64,000 nt of DNA. Origin: Podarcis cretensis. Its lineage: Eukaryota. The stretch is from positions 47,802,001-47,866,000 of the forward strand of contig OX638154.1 of NCBI GenBank assembly GCA_951804945.1. The letters are read 5' to 3'. This document shows, in pieces, positions 28,352-40,252 of the stretch. The notes beneath the pieces are model-generated. The model made no database searches. It had not been told where the DNA came from and saw only the letters and a program-made list of their open reading frames with translations. The translations under genes and the position numbers were made by a program. The first letter of the stretch is position 1, and each line of letters begins with the position of its first letter.

Positions 28352-30107
28352 CTTCTGTCCTGTAAACTATTAAACAAGATGAAATAAGATGGACATTGAA
28401 ATGCAACTTGCAGCTATAACATATTCCACTTAAATAATGGATAGTAAAATTAAACCATAGTGGCAGATAGGAAGTATTGGCCTGAAATATATATATTTTT
28501 TTAAAATATTATTCTTTGCCTTTTCATATTTACTGTGACAATAAAAGCCAAACAATTCCATGGTGTATTTTATTTGTATATTAGGACACAAAAGGTTTTA
28601 ATTTGAAACAGTAGGAAACCATCTTTTAAATATGTATTCCAAATATTCCTGTCATAATTATATTACTGCAATCTTCACTCAGGTTAGTATAGCCTATGAA
28701 AATCAATAGCATAATATGTATATAAAATTGTTTGCTTTTGGAGGGAACAAAACAAATATTCTGATCTGAACCAGAACTGGTTTTTTAGAAATATGTGAAT
28801 ACACAAAATACATCCTGAATGGCACAAGCCATTGGTTCAATTTTTCCAGTACTGTAATCACTTATTGACAGATTTTGTCAATAATATATTTGAGATATAT
28901 TTGTATAGCTACATATAATCGACAATATCTTAATTAAATATTAGTTGAAAGAAAATATTTAACAGTGCAACCCTATACATGTCTACTCAGAAATAAGTTC
29001 AATGGGGCTTATATCCAGATAAGTGTATATAGAATTTAAAGCCCAACAGGTTAAAAATAGCAGTGTAATGTAGAGTACTTACTATTTCTCCTTGTACTGG
29101 AGTATGGTAAAGTTGATTTGTGGAGTCTTACTTGTTGCTAGCAGATCTCTAGTGAGCCTCCTTCTGCAATGACAGTGTGCGCCTTCCTAGCTTCTTTTAT
29201 AGTTCTGTAGCTGCACTTAACAATAGGGATGAACTGCGCATCATATTCTATGACTAAGATCTTTTTCTCCTTGTATAAATGAAAGATGTGCTTCTCCCAG
29301 AGACAATCACCCTTGGACAATAAAGTTTACTATTTGGCTAGTGATTAAGACACTGGGACCTCCTGTTTTTGAAATATCTCTCATCCTGTCATTTTCATAG
29401 GATCGTAAAATCATGCTATGGAGGTTGGGATCAATAGCAAGGCTGAAGAATTGGAGACTTTTTATCACTGGGGGACTTATTCCAGCCATTACTTGCTGGA
29501 TAACTTTTGATATAATTTCTGGATCAGCGCCACATGTTTAAGGTAAGAATCAGCTTGATTTTTCTAGAAGGCAGCTGGAGAAGTGGAGAACTGACCATAT
29601 GAACAAGGCAAGGAGGAATCTTCCTCTTCTTGACATGTTATTGTTATATTTTGAATTGGACCAGGATTTACAATGGTGCATGGTCACAATGTGCCTTCAG
29701 TGCCAGGGCTCAGCCCACTTCATGGGATATTACTATATGCAACTAAAAATGTAGAAGCATAAATAAAACTTCTTGCTCAGTAGAAATTAAAGACATACTT
29801 CACACAGCCCACCCCAAATTTTGGGTTGATGTTTATCAGTCTTGGTTGAACTATGGCAGCCTCAATGGCAAACAAATATTCAGGATGCTCCCAGTGAATT
29901 CTCCTGCATCCACCCAGTGTCACCAACAGTAACTTGCAAACTGACCCATAATATCTCTCTGGCGTAACTGGATGGGGCTTTGCTATTATACATGCAATAC
30001 TTTCCTCAGATGCTGCATAAGCAGATTTCACTGCCCATCCACAGATGAGAAATGTGTGCATATGGGGCATAGCTAGAGTCAGAAGATGCAGGACTGTGAG
30101 GGCTCAC

Positions 30108-30172
30108 CTAAATATGGTACTTTCCCAGCGGTCCTATCTCGGCAGGCCTGCTCTTCTTTGAGCTTTTATATA
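30108..30172 (-). promoter_or_regulatory. PTH4: Candidate PTH4 TATA box and short non-coding exon 1
   Basis: TATATAAAA on minus strand 30172-30164; predicted TSS about 30142; donor TTAG|gtgagc at 30108/30107; PTH genes have a non-coding first exon. Confidence 0.55.
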
Positions 30173-30302
30173 AGGCAGCAACCTGCTACTCTGAACATCA
30201 GAACTGATCTTACATATGTGCCTCTCAGCCTTGCACAGAAAAAGAATTCTGCTGCCTTCATCTATTATTTAGTTTTCCTCCTTTATAGTTGTTTGTCTAG
30301 TG

Positions 30303-30440
30303 CAGGCATCCCCAAACTTGGCCCTCCAGATGTTTTGGGACTACAATTCCTATCATCCCTGACCACTGGTCCTGTTAGCTAGGAATGATGGGAGTTGTAG
30401 TCCCAAAAAACATATGGAGGGCCGAGTTTGGGGATGCCTG
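30303..30440. mobile_element. Palindromic hAT MITE
   Basis: TIR CAGGCATCCCCAAACT; 8-bp TSD GTCTAGTG/GTCTAGTA. Confidence 0.88.
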
Positions 30441-32737
30441 GTCTAGTAGGCTCAGAGCAGCACTTTCAGAGCTCTCCAAACCCCTCATTCCTCCCATCAC
30501 AGGATTCTCTTCATAGATAAATAAATCACAGCTCTATTTCCCTTGGTTCCTGTCCCCTTGCCCCAACCTCCACTCCACTGCCAGGTAAATGAGTCTGCTT
30601 CTTTTCCCAGTACAGTACCCTTTCAGAGCAAGTTCGTGTTCCTGAAGCTTTTAGACCCACGTCAGTCTCTTCTCTGTGGTAAAGGTGAGTTTCTCTGGGT
30701 GCATCTGAGGCCTGTCCCTCCTCTGCTGGCTGCTTCCCCCCTCTATAGTCCAGTGGTGAAAGCAACAGCATATGCATGGCGCAGCCACTTGTGGTTGGCG
30801 CAAGTTCACTTCCATTTAGGCCAGAGTCAGCAGAGAGTGGACATCACCAGCAGCCACTTGCAGTATTGCCTCTCAGATTTGGATTTCCAAGACACCTTTC
30901 AAGAATTACGGAACAAATAAAATAAAACAATAGAAATGCAGAGCAAATAATATAATACCAGCAAGCCTGAACAGAGCCTGTACCTCACAACCTGGACCTT
31001 TCCTGCACAACAGGATTTCCTCTGTGCCTGCCCACTGCCCATCTACTCAATGATTCCCAAAGTGTCCAACACAGATTCTGGGAGTTTGCAGGAGCTGAAA
31101 GGTGAGGGTGAGAGGACAGGAATGCATGGTTGAAAGCCCATTTTGATAGCATATGGACACAATTGAATGCCATATATATTTTCTTTGCAGTCATATTGGT
31201 ATAGCTGTTTGTGCCTCATTGCAGCTGCAGTTAAATGTAGGATTGTTTTCATGATGTTAATAACATAAAAAGTAGTAGCCAAATACCAATGTACAGACCT
31301 AACTGGTTCTGCCTTGTACCATCTGGGGCTAGAATTGTTTATTTTGAGCCATTGTGTTCATCAACTAATCACTACAGGCTTCTAGCTTTGTAACAACTCT
31401 GTTCCTGGCGTAAGAGCCATTTATTGAAAAGGTCAAAACTTGTAACCAATTAAAGATTTACATAGAAGTTGCTAAATTGGTTGCTAAACTCTTGTGATCT
31501 CTTTTTAGTTTCCAGGACACCCAAAAAGTTAACGTAAATGATGTGTCTGCCACAGCAGAGCTTTCTAGTTACGTGTTTCCAGGCTAATAAGCACTAGCCA
31601 TAGCCAAGTCTAAAACATCTGATCTTTATAAGCACCTTTATGTAATTGAGGGGCAACTACCATTATCATAAGAACTATGATTCCATTTGTCTGAGCAAGT
31701 GAATGTCAGCCAGAGAAATTGAAAGATGCTCATTGAATGACAACTTAAAGCATTCTATCATAGACAAAGTGTGCTGCCATGGCTACTCAATTCCACTACC
31801 CTTGGGAAATTGCATTATAGGAAATATCTCAGCAGCTCTACTTTTAGAGAATGGGTGTTGTGTCCAGCAGCAATTTTAACTCCTGCAGTAGAAGTTATGG
31901 AAGCTTCAAACTGTGCTGGCCTTCACTGAACAATAGTTACCAGATGGTTACAAGCTGGCTTCCAGTACTGAGTTCAAGAGTATCCCAGGATTGAATAAAA
32001 GTGTCTAAAGAAGTGGAGCATATTGCAGGACAAAAAATCCATGCTAAATCCTAAACCTGCCCTCCATTTTTATCTTTGAAGACTCCATAAAGATGTGATT
32101 ATATTAACTGTGGCTAAATCCACCACAGAAAAGCTGTGGAGGATTTTGAAAGCAAACTTTAAGTTGGACTGGCAGCAGCAGCTCTGGAACTTGTGTGGCT
32201 TTGAACGAGAAACTGGCCCATTATGTGTCGGCATATCAAAGTAATTAGACAATTTCTATGCTATGCACATCAACTTTATTAAATAGTTACCAAAGAACAT
32301 GAGCTTTGGCTTCTGGCAATGTAAGGGAACTTGTAGCAAGATATTATGGTTTGATACAACATACATAATCAGTGATTCAGGTAATGTAGCCATGTTGGTC
32401 TGTCGTAATAAATAACAATGATGAAAGATTAAAAAAAATATATATTGAAAGATGTTCCAGTAGCACCTTAAAGACCAACTAAGTATAAGCTTTCTAGGTA
32501 TGAGCTTTTATGTAATCAGTGTTTTCTTATTTTTGAAATGGTATGTATATTTCTCTAAATTGTTGATGCATTTCTTTCAAATAAATAAAATGCCTCCCTT
32601 TCTCTGCCATATGTTTTGCATTTGATGTACATTTTAATGACCAGGTGTGTACCCAAGTTTCAGTTTCCTTGGAATGAGGAACAGCGGAGACTATGGTGTC
32701 TTTAGGATCAATGGTTTATATACATATATACAACCTG

Positions 32738-32812
32738 GCGTGCCTGGCGTGCTCTGGTCCATGGGGTCACGAAGAGTCGGACACGACTAAACGACTAAAC
32801 AATAACAAAACA
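32738..32812 (+). mobile_element. BovB/RTE LINE 3' end, severely 5'-truncated
   Basis: GGTCCATGGGGTCACGAAGAGTCGGACACGACT with a (CAA)n-like tail; TSD ACAACCTG. Confidence 0.8.
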
Positions 32813-33793
32813 ACAACCTGTGGCTTAGACAGAAATCAGGCATAGTTCTGTCTTCCAGCTTCTAGCTTACATCACTCAACTCTCAATTTTCGCTTTTGTC
32901 TTTCTAACAAAGGGAGTGGGGGACCCACGTATTTGTTATCTGGCACAGAACCACTTCCTTTGTTACCTAATGGCCCATACTTAGAGAGTCATTACCTCAC
33001 CAGGAACCTAACCTGGCTATTCCAGAAATTGAATCAATGCTGCCTCCAGGAATTAGAAGGAAGCTCAGGCATACAACCTACCCCACCTAACTCATAAAAC
33101 TATATTAAGAGCACGTGACATGTCCAGCTTTTTACATAGCATTCATGCGAAACACAAAACTAGTTGCCTCCATATGTCTGATATCTTTATAGGCCTTGTG
33201 GCCTTCTGGGGTTTTAACCTAGAATAACTTCAGACTACTCTACAACAGAAAGCACTCCTGTGTGGGTGACAAAATAGCAGAGGAGCTATGGATTATTCAG
33301 ATAGAAAACTGGGGAAACAGTTAAGACAGACAGGCTTTTAGCTCCAGAAAAGCAAACAGGTTTCTTTGTTTGTCACTAGATGGCAGACCAACAGGGTCAC
33401 GCATACTACAATGCAATCTACCAAATGTAAGGATTCACAAAAGTGTACTTTTAGAAGTATAAGTCCCAAAGAGGAGGAAGAAGAGGTCACACAACAGAAC
33501 ACTCACATGGAAACAGGATATTTCTTTCACCACATGGCAATAAGCCTGCAGAAAGGACCCTGTGTAAGATGCTCAGGGAATACTTTTTTTTTTTTTGCCA
33601 AGCAACTGAGAGGGATTAGGACGACACACGAAAAGGGGAACCACAGCTACACACTATCACACACTGCTAGGACTATCCCATAGTGGTGCCCTACACAGGA
33701 ATCAGGGTTGGAAGGTGGTGGGATTTTGACCCCCACTGAGGGAAAATGGCCTCACTCATTTTTTGCATACCTGGCCAAAAACTGTTAGATTAC

Positions 33794-33975
33794 AGGGGTG
33801 CCAACTTGAATAAAATATTTGGGGACCTAGGTAAGCCCTTCCCCACATAATCACATGATGGGGCACACCCACACTATTTGAATGGCAATTTCCATCAACT
33901 TTGTGTGGGGTGGTGCCCCCCCAAATATTCTCGGGGGGGGGGCAAAGGGACCTCAGCCCCTAGGAGTTGGCAGGT
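33794..33975. mobile_element. MITE-like repeat
   Basis: Inverted termini GGTGCCAACT...AGTTGGCA. Confidence 0.5.
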
Positions 33976-34349
33976 AGCATCCCAAAACACTTTGCCCTCA
34001 TCACCTCTCCGCACAACTTGCCAGCCAAGGGACTGCCTCATCTGTCACAGCAGGGGCAATAGCCATCCCACACTTGCCTTTAGGGCCTGCATCCCACCTA
34101 ACCGAACACAGAATGGAGGTACCACTCGCTCCGACAGCATCCGATTCCTTGTCCTTCCTATTCTGAGGCCAGCTGAAGCCAGATCAGGTGTGGGAACGGG
34201 GTCCCTAGCTAGCAACCCCTCTAGGAACAAAGTCACAGCACAGTTGGCAAAAGTATAGCTTTTTTCGTACAGCACCTGGGATGGGCAACACCTATGCAAA
34301 GGGGAAACATAGCTCTTCGGAAACAAGCCCCACTTTGTAAATCGTTAGG

Positions 34350-35450
34350 AGAAAAGAATCAGAACTGCGGCCGCCTTAAATTCCCTTTTAAGGATTAATG
34401 GCGAGGTGGGTTCCCTCCACAATCCAGTACGGGTTCAGGTTAAAGCTGAAGCGAGAGATGCCGCGCTTCTAAAATAGGGACGCCCTTTAATACAAAGAGC
34501 TCATCCGGGAAATTTGAAAAGCGGTTGCGTCGAAGTGGAAATGGAGCAGTTGAGCGAAACCCCACCGGCCTTTAGTAAATACTGGGACACCTCCCGCCCC
34601 ACACGTTTCCACCATAAGCCCTGAGCCTCCGTGAGACACTGTCGGCCCCGCCCCACCCATTCTCTCCCCCCTCCCCGTCCCACCTATTCTCTGGTTGCCA
34701 CGGTGACAGTGGCCCGGCCTACTGGGCAATAGGAGCAGGCACTACTAAGCGAACAAGAAGCGTCAGGAAGGATCTGCTCCTTGAGGCGGAGCCGTCTCTC
34801 TGAGAAAGGGGGTAGGGCGCAAGGAACCGTCGATCACCGGAGAAGCGACGTGCAATTGGTGAGAATCCTGGTCACGTGCTAGATGGGCAGGACATATATA
34901 AACTCGGGGTGTGTAGGCGCCTTCCGCCATTTTGTCCAGTGCGACGAAGTGGGAGAGGCGGCGGAATCGAGTCTTGGCGGGAAAACGGGCGACGCAGCGA
35001 TCGAGCTCGGTGGCTGAGGGGCGAGAAGCGAGGGAGACTGCGGAGCCGACCGAAAATTAATAATCATAAAACCGTGTAGCGGTTACTCGCGAGAGTCGGT
35101 CACACTCCTGGCCCGGCCGCCGGTGAGGGAGGGGCTTGGTCGGGATGGAAGGCCTCGCGGTTGCGGCAGCGGACAAAGAGCCGCCGCCATTTTGTGTGGT
35201 TGAAGTAACGTCAGGTCTCGCGCCGGGATATTGGTCCCGGGGAGGAGATGAAAGGGGAGGCGGATTGCCTGAGCGTGAGGGGCGGCGTGGTGGGTATTAT
35301 ATGCGCAAGCTCGAGTCGAGAATTGTGAGGGCCAGAGGCCGCCGCGATGGGCGGGAAACCGCTCAGTAGTAGGCGCGCCAGTTACCCAAGGCGTAAGAAG
35401 CCCTTTTCGTCTCCTCGTGAGCGAGGAGCCTGAGGCCCACCTCAGATCAC
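34350..35450 (+). promoter_or_regulatory. SRSF3: SRSF3 CpG-island promoter and non-coding exon 1
   Basis: E-box GTCACGTG 34871-34878; TATATAAA 34895-34902; YY1 CCGCCATTTT 34924-34933 (second copy near 35184); candidate donor CCG|gtgagg at 35122. Confidence 0.85.
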
Positions 35451-35851
35451 CACAGGCTGCCTTGAGGGAGACCTGCTTTGGGGATCTGAACACAACATGC
35501 CCTTCCAAGACCAGTTGTCAACCCCTGGATGCCCTCAAATGGGGGAAAGGATCGGCAATTCCTTTCTTATATCAAGGTCTCTTAATTTTGACTTTGCTTG
35601 TGGGTTTTAAGGGCCCGGAGTATGGGTCTTCAATATAAGATGATTAATACCTTGGAACAATGGATTATATTTCTAAAGTAGATTATAAAATGGACTGAAA
35701 TGTATGAATAGTTATGCGTTGTAAGTCAAATCATCTGCACCGTATTTTCAAAATCATGAGCCTGTTTCAAATACCTTATAACCCAAAAGGTTCCCTAACT
35801 AATAAATATGAACAGAAGGCAAACCAGTTTTTCCTTGCATGTCTTCCAGAG

Positions 35852-36057
35852 ATGCATCGTGATTCGTGTCCACTGGACTGCAAGGTTTATGTAGGTAACC
35901 TTGGGAACAATGGCAACAAAACTGAATTGGAGCGAGCCTTTGGCTACTATGGACCACTACGTAGTGTGTGGGTTGCTAGGAATCCCCCTGGTTTTGCTTT
36001 CGTTGAATTTGAAGACCCACGTGATGCTGCTGATGCAGTCAGAGAACTAGATGGGAG
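35852..36057 (+). CDS. SRSF3: SRSF3 (SRp20) coding exon 1, RRM
   Basis: [68 protein letters not shown]; 206 nt. Confidence 0.98.
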
Positions 36058-36764
36058 GTAAAAATTCACTTACATTTGGGTTGAGCTTGTATGTATACTC
36101 TGATATATTAATGTAATATACTGCTTTGATTGAAAAGAAAGTTGGTCACAAATAGCCTGGCTTATGTACTTGGAGATCCAAAAGAAATAGAACTGATTTT
36201 CTGTGGGGGCTAGTTGGGTTGGGAAGTAATTCTTACTAACAGTCTGTTAAATTTGTGTGAAATGTAATCCTTTGCTTGTGTTAGAAGAGTTTATTTTGAG
36301 TACAGTTTAAACATGTTGCATATTATTCCTGAGCTTCTAGATTTTGTACAGCTATCAAATTTTGGAAACACTGGTTGTGAGCTCTTGTGGTTCTGAGTGC
36401 CCTGGTTCAAACATTTAATATTTTTTTAAAATGGAAATATGCTCCACGTTGCAGGCTCTTAATGGCTCAGTCTGTAGCTGAATTTCACTCATGTTGACTT
36501 AAAAACATTTTTATTTTGACATCTATAATAAGCCTGAAGCTGAATATGCGTTCTATATGATCAAAACAAAGTGCTGACTGCTTCTTAGGAGTGAAATACT
36601 GGTCCCCAGTCTAATTTTCAGTTAAACAAAACAAAATTAGACTGACTTGGTATGGTTTTGTGTTGAAGTTTAAACAACTAGGGAAATACAGGGGCACTAG
36701 TTGAAGTGTCTGGCTTAGTTTTATTAGGCTGTTAGAACTAACAACCCTTCCCTTTTTCTCTTAG

Positions 36765-36899
36765 AACTCTTTGTGGGTGTCGTGTCAGGGTGGAACTCTC
36801 CAATGGTGAAAAACGTAGTCGGAACCGTGGTCCACCTCCCTCATGGGGTAGACGTCCTCGAGATGACTATCGTAGGAGAAGTCCTCCACCTCGCCGCAG
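36765..36899 (+). CDS. SRSF3: SRSF3 coding exon 2
   Basis: [44 protein letters not shown]; 135 nt. Confidence 0.97.
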
Positions 36900-37628
36900 G
36901 TATTTGGGAGCAAAGAACTTGTATAGTAATGTTTGGCAGTATTACCATTTGGCATAATAGACTTTTTTAAAAATATATATATGCTTGTTTATACCTACCC
37001 AGACACAGAATTTTAAAGCATTGAATATGTGTTAGAGGGATACATTGTGTTGAACACTGACTTTTATCCTTAGGTGTCTATACCAGTTGATAGTGCCCTC
37101 TAACACGGGTTATCATCTTTCCTTCTGAAGTCTGTTCATCTTCTAGTCACTTTCTTTTTCTTCCCAGTACTCCAACTTGGGTTTTTTTTTGCTTTTCTTT
37201 ACACCATTGTTGTAAACATTGCATACAACAGCTTGGCTTTTTCACCCACTTGAGATTTTTCCACTTTAGCACAATGATGCCAGGCAGGCAACTGTTTTAA
37301 AAATGCTGAAGCAATGAACAGTTGCTTAGCTAAATCTGACAATAGTAAATCTGTTGAAATATGACCAACTTTTGAGTTATGCAGGAATAAATTTCAAAAT
37401 AAAGCAGGTTTTTACAAGTAATGCATTCTCTGACCCTGACAGATTGGTTGGGTGTTTATTAGTTGTACTTAAGGTCTTTATTTCTGCAAGGGCTGATTTT
37501 AGCCTGTTTCAGGTAAATGAAGTCCATACAAGATAAGAGAGTGAAATCTGTTCCCTTTCACTGTAGAACACAATAGGAGTATTTGTTAGCTAATAGATGG
37601 TTGTACTGATGGCTTGTTTTTCATTTTT

Positions 37629-38176
37629 NNNNNNNNNNNNNNNNNNNNNNNNNNNNNNNNNNNNNNNNNNNNNNNNNNNNNNNNNNNNNNNNNNNNNNNN
37701 NNNNNNNNNNNNNNNNNNNNNNNNNNNNNNNNNNNNNNNNNNNNNNNNNNNNNNNNNNNNNNNNNNNNNNNNNNNNNNNNNNNNNNNNNNNNNNNNNNNN
37801 NNNNNNNNNNNNNNNNNNNNNNNNNNNNNNNNNNNNNNNNNNNNNNNNNNNNNNNNNNNNNNNNNNNNNNNNNNNNNNNNNNNNNNNNNNNNNNNNNNNN
37901 NNNNNNNNNNNNNNNNNNNNNNNNNNNNNNNNNNNNNNNNNNNNNNNNNNNNNNNNNNNNNNNNNNNNNNNNNNNNNNNNNNNNNNNNNNNNNNNNNNNN
38001 NNNNNNNNNNNNNNNNNNNNNNNNNNNNNNNNNNNNNNNNNNNNNNNNNNNNNNNNNNNNNNNNNNNNNNNNNNNNNNNNNNNNNNNNNNNNNNNNNNNN
38101 NNNNNNNNNNNNNNNNNNNNNNNNNNNNNNNNNNNNNNNNNNNNNNNNNNNNNNNNNNNNNNNNNNNNNNNNNNNN
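37629..38176 (+). other. SRSF3: 548-nt N run at the position of the SRSF3 ultraconserved poison (NMD) cassette exon
   Basis: Lies between coding exons 2 and 3; flanks GTACTGATGGCTTGTTTTTCATTTTT and GAGTAAGCGGCTTA match my recollection of the human flanks; the content itself is not visible. Confidence 0.75.
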
Positions 38177-38934
38177 GAGTAAGCGGCTTATAAGTAATTA
38201 CTTTTTCTCAATCAAAGGCTGGCTGTGCATAATTTCGTGGTAACATACATATGTTGCTTGAATAAAACTTTTAAGGGTGTTAAGGAAACTTAATATAAGA
38301 AACTAAACTGCAGTATATTTGCATGTGAGATGGCAAACTACATTTAATTGCTAACTTGGTTCTTCCTTGCAAAAATCTGCCAACTCCTTTCACCTTTAAA
38401 CTGTTTTACTAACAGTTTTCGGAACTTAAAACAATTACTTTTGGGATAAACTGGGCAAACTAAGGTTCTTAGACTAAACACACTATGACATTTTAAATTT
38501 TTACATTCACAAATATGCAGTTCTAATGGTGTTTAATGGCTTTGTCACGGTGTGCGTTAGTCTTTCACTTGATACCTTATGTCCTGTTGCGGACTTTTAC
38601 CTTGCATGGGTTCCAAAATACTGGTTTATACCAATTTTGGGACTACTTGTGGGACATTAGTATAGTGTTCTAGGCAGTGGATTTAGTTGAGATGGAAGTG
38701 CTGCATTGGACAGGTTTGCTTATGACGTGGTGTTAGTTAAAGCAAACTCATGGTTGGAAGCGTGCTGATCACACTGAGTTTTTAATGCCTGAATCTTTCC
38801 ATTTTGCTGGACGATGAGTGCCATGTTATTTGGCACATTCACTGGGCCCAACAGTGACTTGACAAGTTGGGAATTGCCTCGCCCCACTAATGCTGAATTG
38901 ATGAAAATACTCACTTTTGTATTTTTGATTGTAG

Positions 38935-38973
38935 ATCTCCACGAAGGAGAAGCTTCTCCCGTAGCCGCAGCAG
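38935..38973 (+). CDS. SRSF3: SRSF3 coding exon 3 (RS domain)
   Basis: SPRRRSFSRSRS; 39 nt, AG/GT bounded. Confidence 0.96.
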
Positions 38974-39008
38974 GTAATCTATTGGTGCTGCATTTGGGTT
39001 GTCTAGAT

Positions 39009-39326
39009 AATGGGTAGGCAAACTGAGACTCAGGGGCTGGATCCGGTCCAATCACTTTCTAAATCCGGCCCGTGGACGGTCCGGGAATCCGCATGTTTTT
39101 ACATGAGTAGAATGTGTCCTTTTATTTAAAATGCACATGCGTTATTTGTGGGGCCTGCCTGGTGTTTTTACATGAGTAGAATGTGTGCTTTTATTTAAAA
39201 TGCACCTGTTATTTGTGGGGCATAGGAATTTGTTCATTTAAAAAAAAAAAATCAAAATATAGTCCGCCCCCCAAAGTCTGAGGGAAAGTGGACTGGCCCC
39301 CTGCCGAAAAAGTTTGCTGACCCCTG
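39009..39326. mobile_element. hAT-Charlie-type MITE in an SRSF3 intron
   Basis: Perfect 8-bp TSD GTCTAGAT; termini GGGTAGGCAAACT and AGTTTGCTGACCCCTG; internal ~60-bp duplication. Confidence 0.88.
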
Positions 39327-39929
39327 GTCTAGATAGTGCTTATAGAATAAGGGACTCCCCACCCCCTTAAACAGATGGCACTGTGGTGCAGATGACACAG
39401 GTATGACATTTCATACCCAAAAGATAGTTTAAATTAATACACTTGAAGTGCCATAAATCTCTGACTACTTTGAAAGTGTACTTGGCCAGCATAGTTGTCA
39501 GTATTCTGTGTTAAAATGCATGTCAAATGTGTTTATTAAAGTATAGTCTAATCTGAATTCAGCTTTCAACAATTTAAAAGTTTTTTTCTGCCATCAAATG
39601 CTGTGATAAACTAAAATACCTTTTGTTTTGAATCCAGTATCAATGATGAATTACATATTATTCTAAAAAGTGCCTCATAAACTAAGACTTTCAAGCATGT
39701 TTACAAGCACTGTACTAGTTAATGCATTGATACCATGCATTACTCAAATACAAAGTAAAACCTGTGCTCATACATTAGTATGTTACAGCCATTAATTCGC
39801 AACATATTTAAAAATATGAATTTAAGCTACAAGAAAAAGGTTATTCAAGGAGTGAGATTTGAGTATGCTGTTTTTCAAGAATTGCATGAAAAATGTATTC
39901 TCTTGAAATCCTGATTATTCCTTTTATAG

Positions 39930-40016
39930 GTCCCTTTCTAGAGATAGAAGGAGAGAGAGATCACTGTCAAGGGAGAGAAATCACAAGCCTTCTCGTTCAT
40001 TTTCCAGATCTCGTAG
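39930..40016 (+). CDS. SRSF3: SRSF3 coding exon 4
   Basis: [28 protein letters not shown]; 87 nt. Confidence 0.96.
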
Positions 40017-40224
40017 GTAAGAACACTTCCATAACCTTAATGTCTGAATACAGAGTTTAATTCTGTAGTGTATTTACTAGAGAAATGTCATTTTCACTAG
40101 TGCACTAATTAAAAGCCTTATAATATGTGCATTTGTCTAGTTGAAATTTCAGATGTATGTTTAGATAACGATACTGAACTGCTTCCATTGTTTGACTGAG
40201 AATCTCAATGTATATTCTATCTAG

Positions 40225-40252
40225 CCGTTCCAGGTCAAATGACAGGAAATAG
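40225..40252 (+). CDS. SRSF3: SRSF3 last coding exon, stop TAG 40250-40252
   Basis: RSRSNDRK*; exons sum to 495 nt = 164 aa. Confidence 0.95.

Noticed and set aside
29083-29636. Selenoprotein or readthrough interpretation of the in-frame TGA codons
   Set aside because: The same frame also contains TAA and TAG stops, and I saw no SECIS-like structure.
37597-38243. 198-aa and 209-aa ORFs
   Set aside because: Artefacts of translating N.
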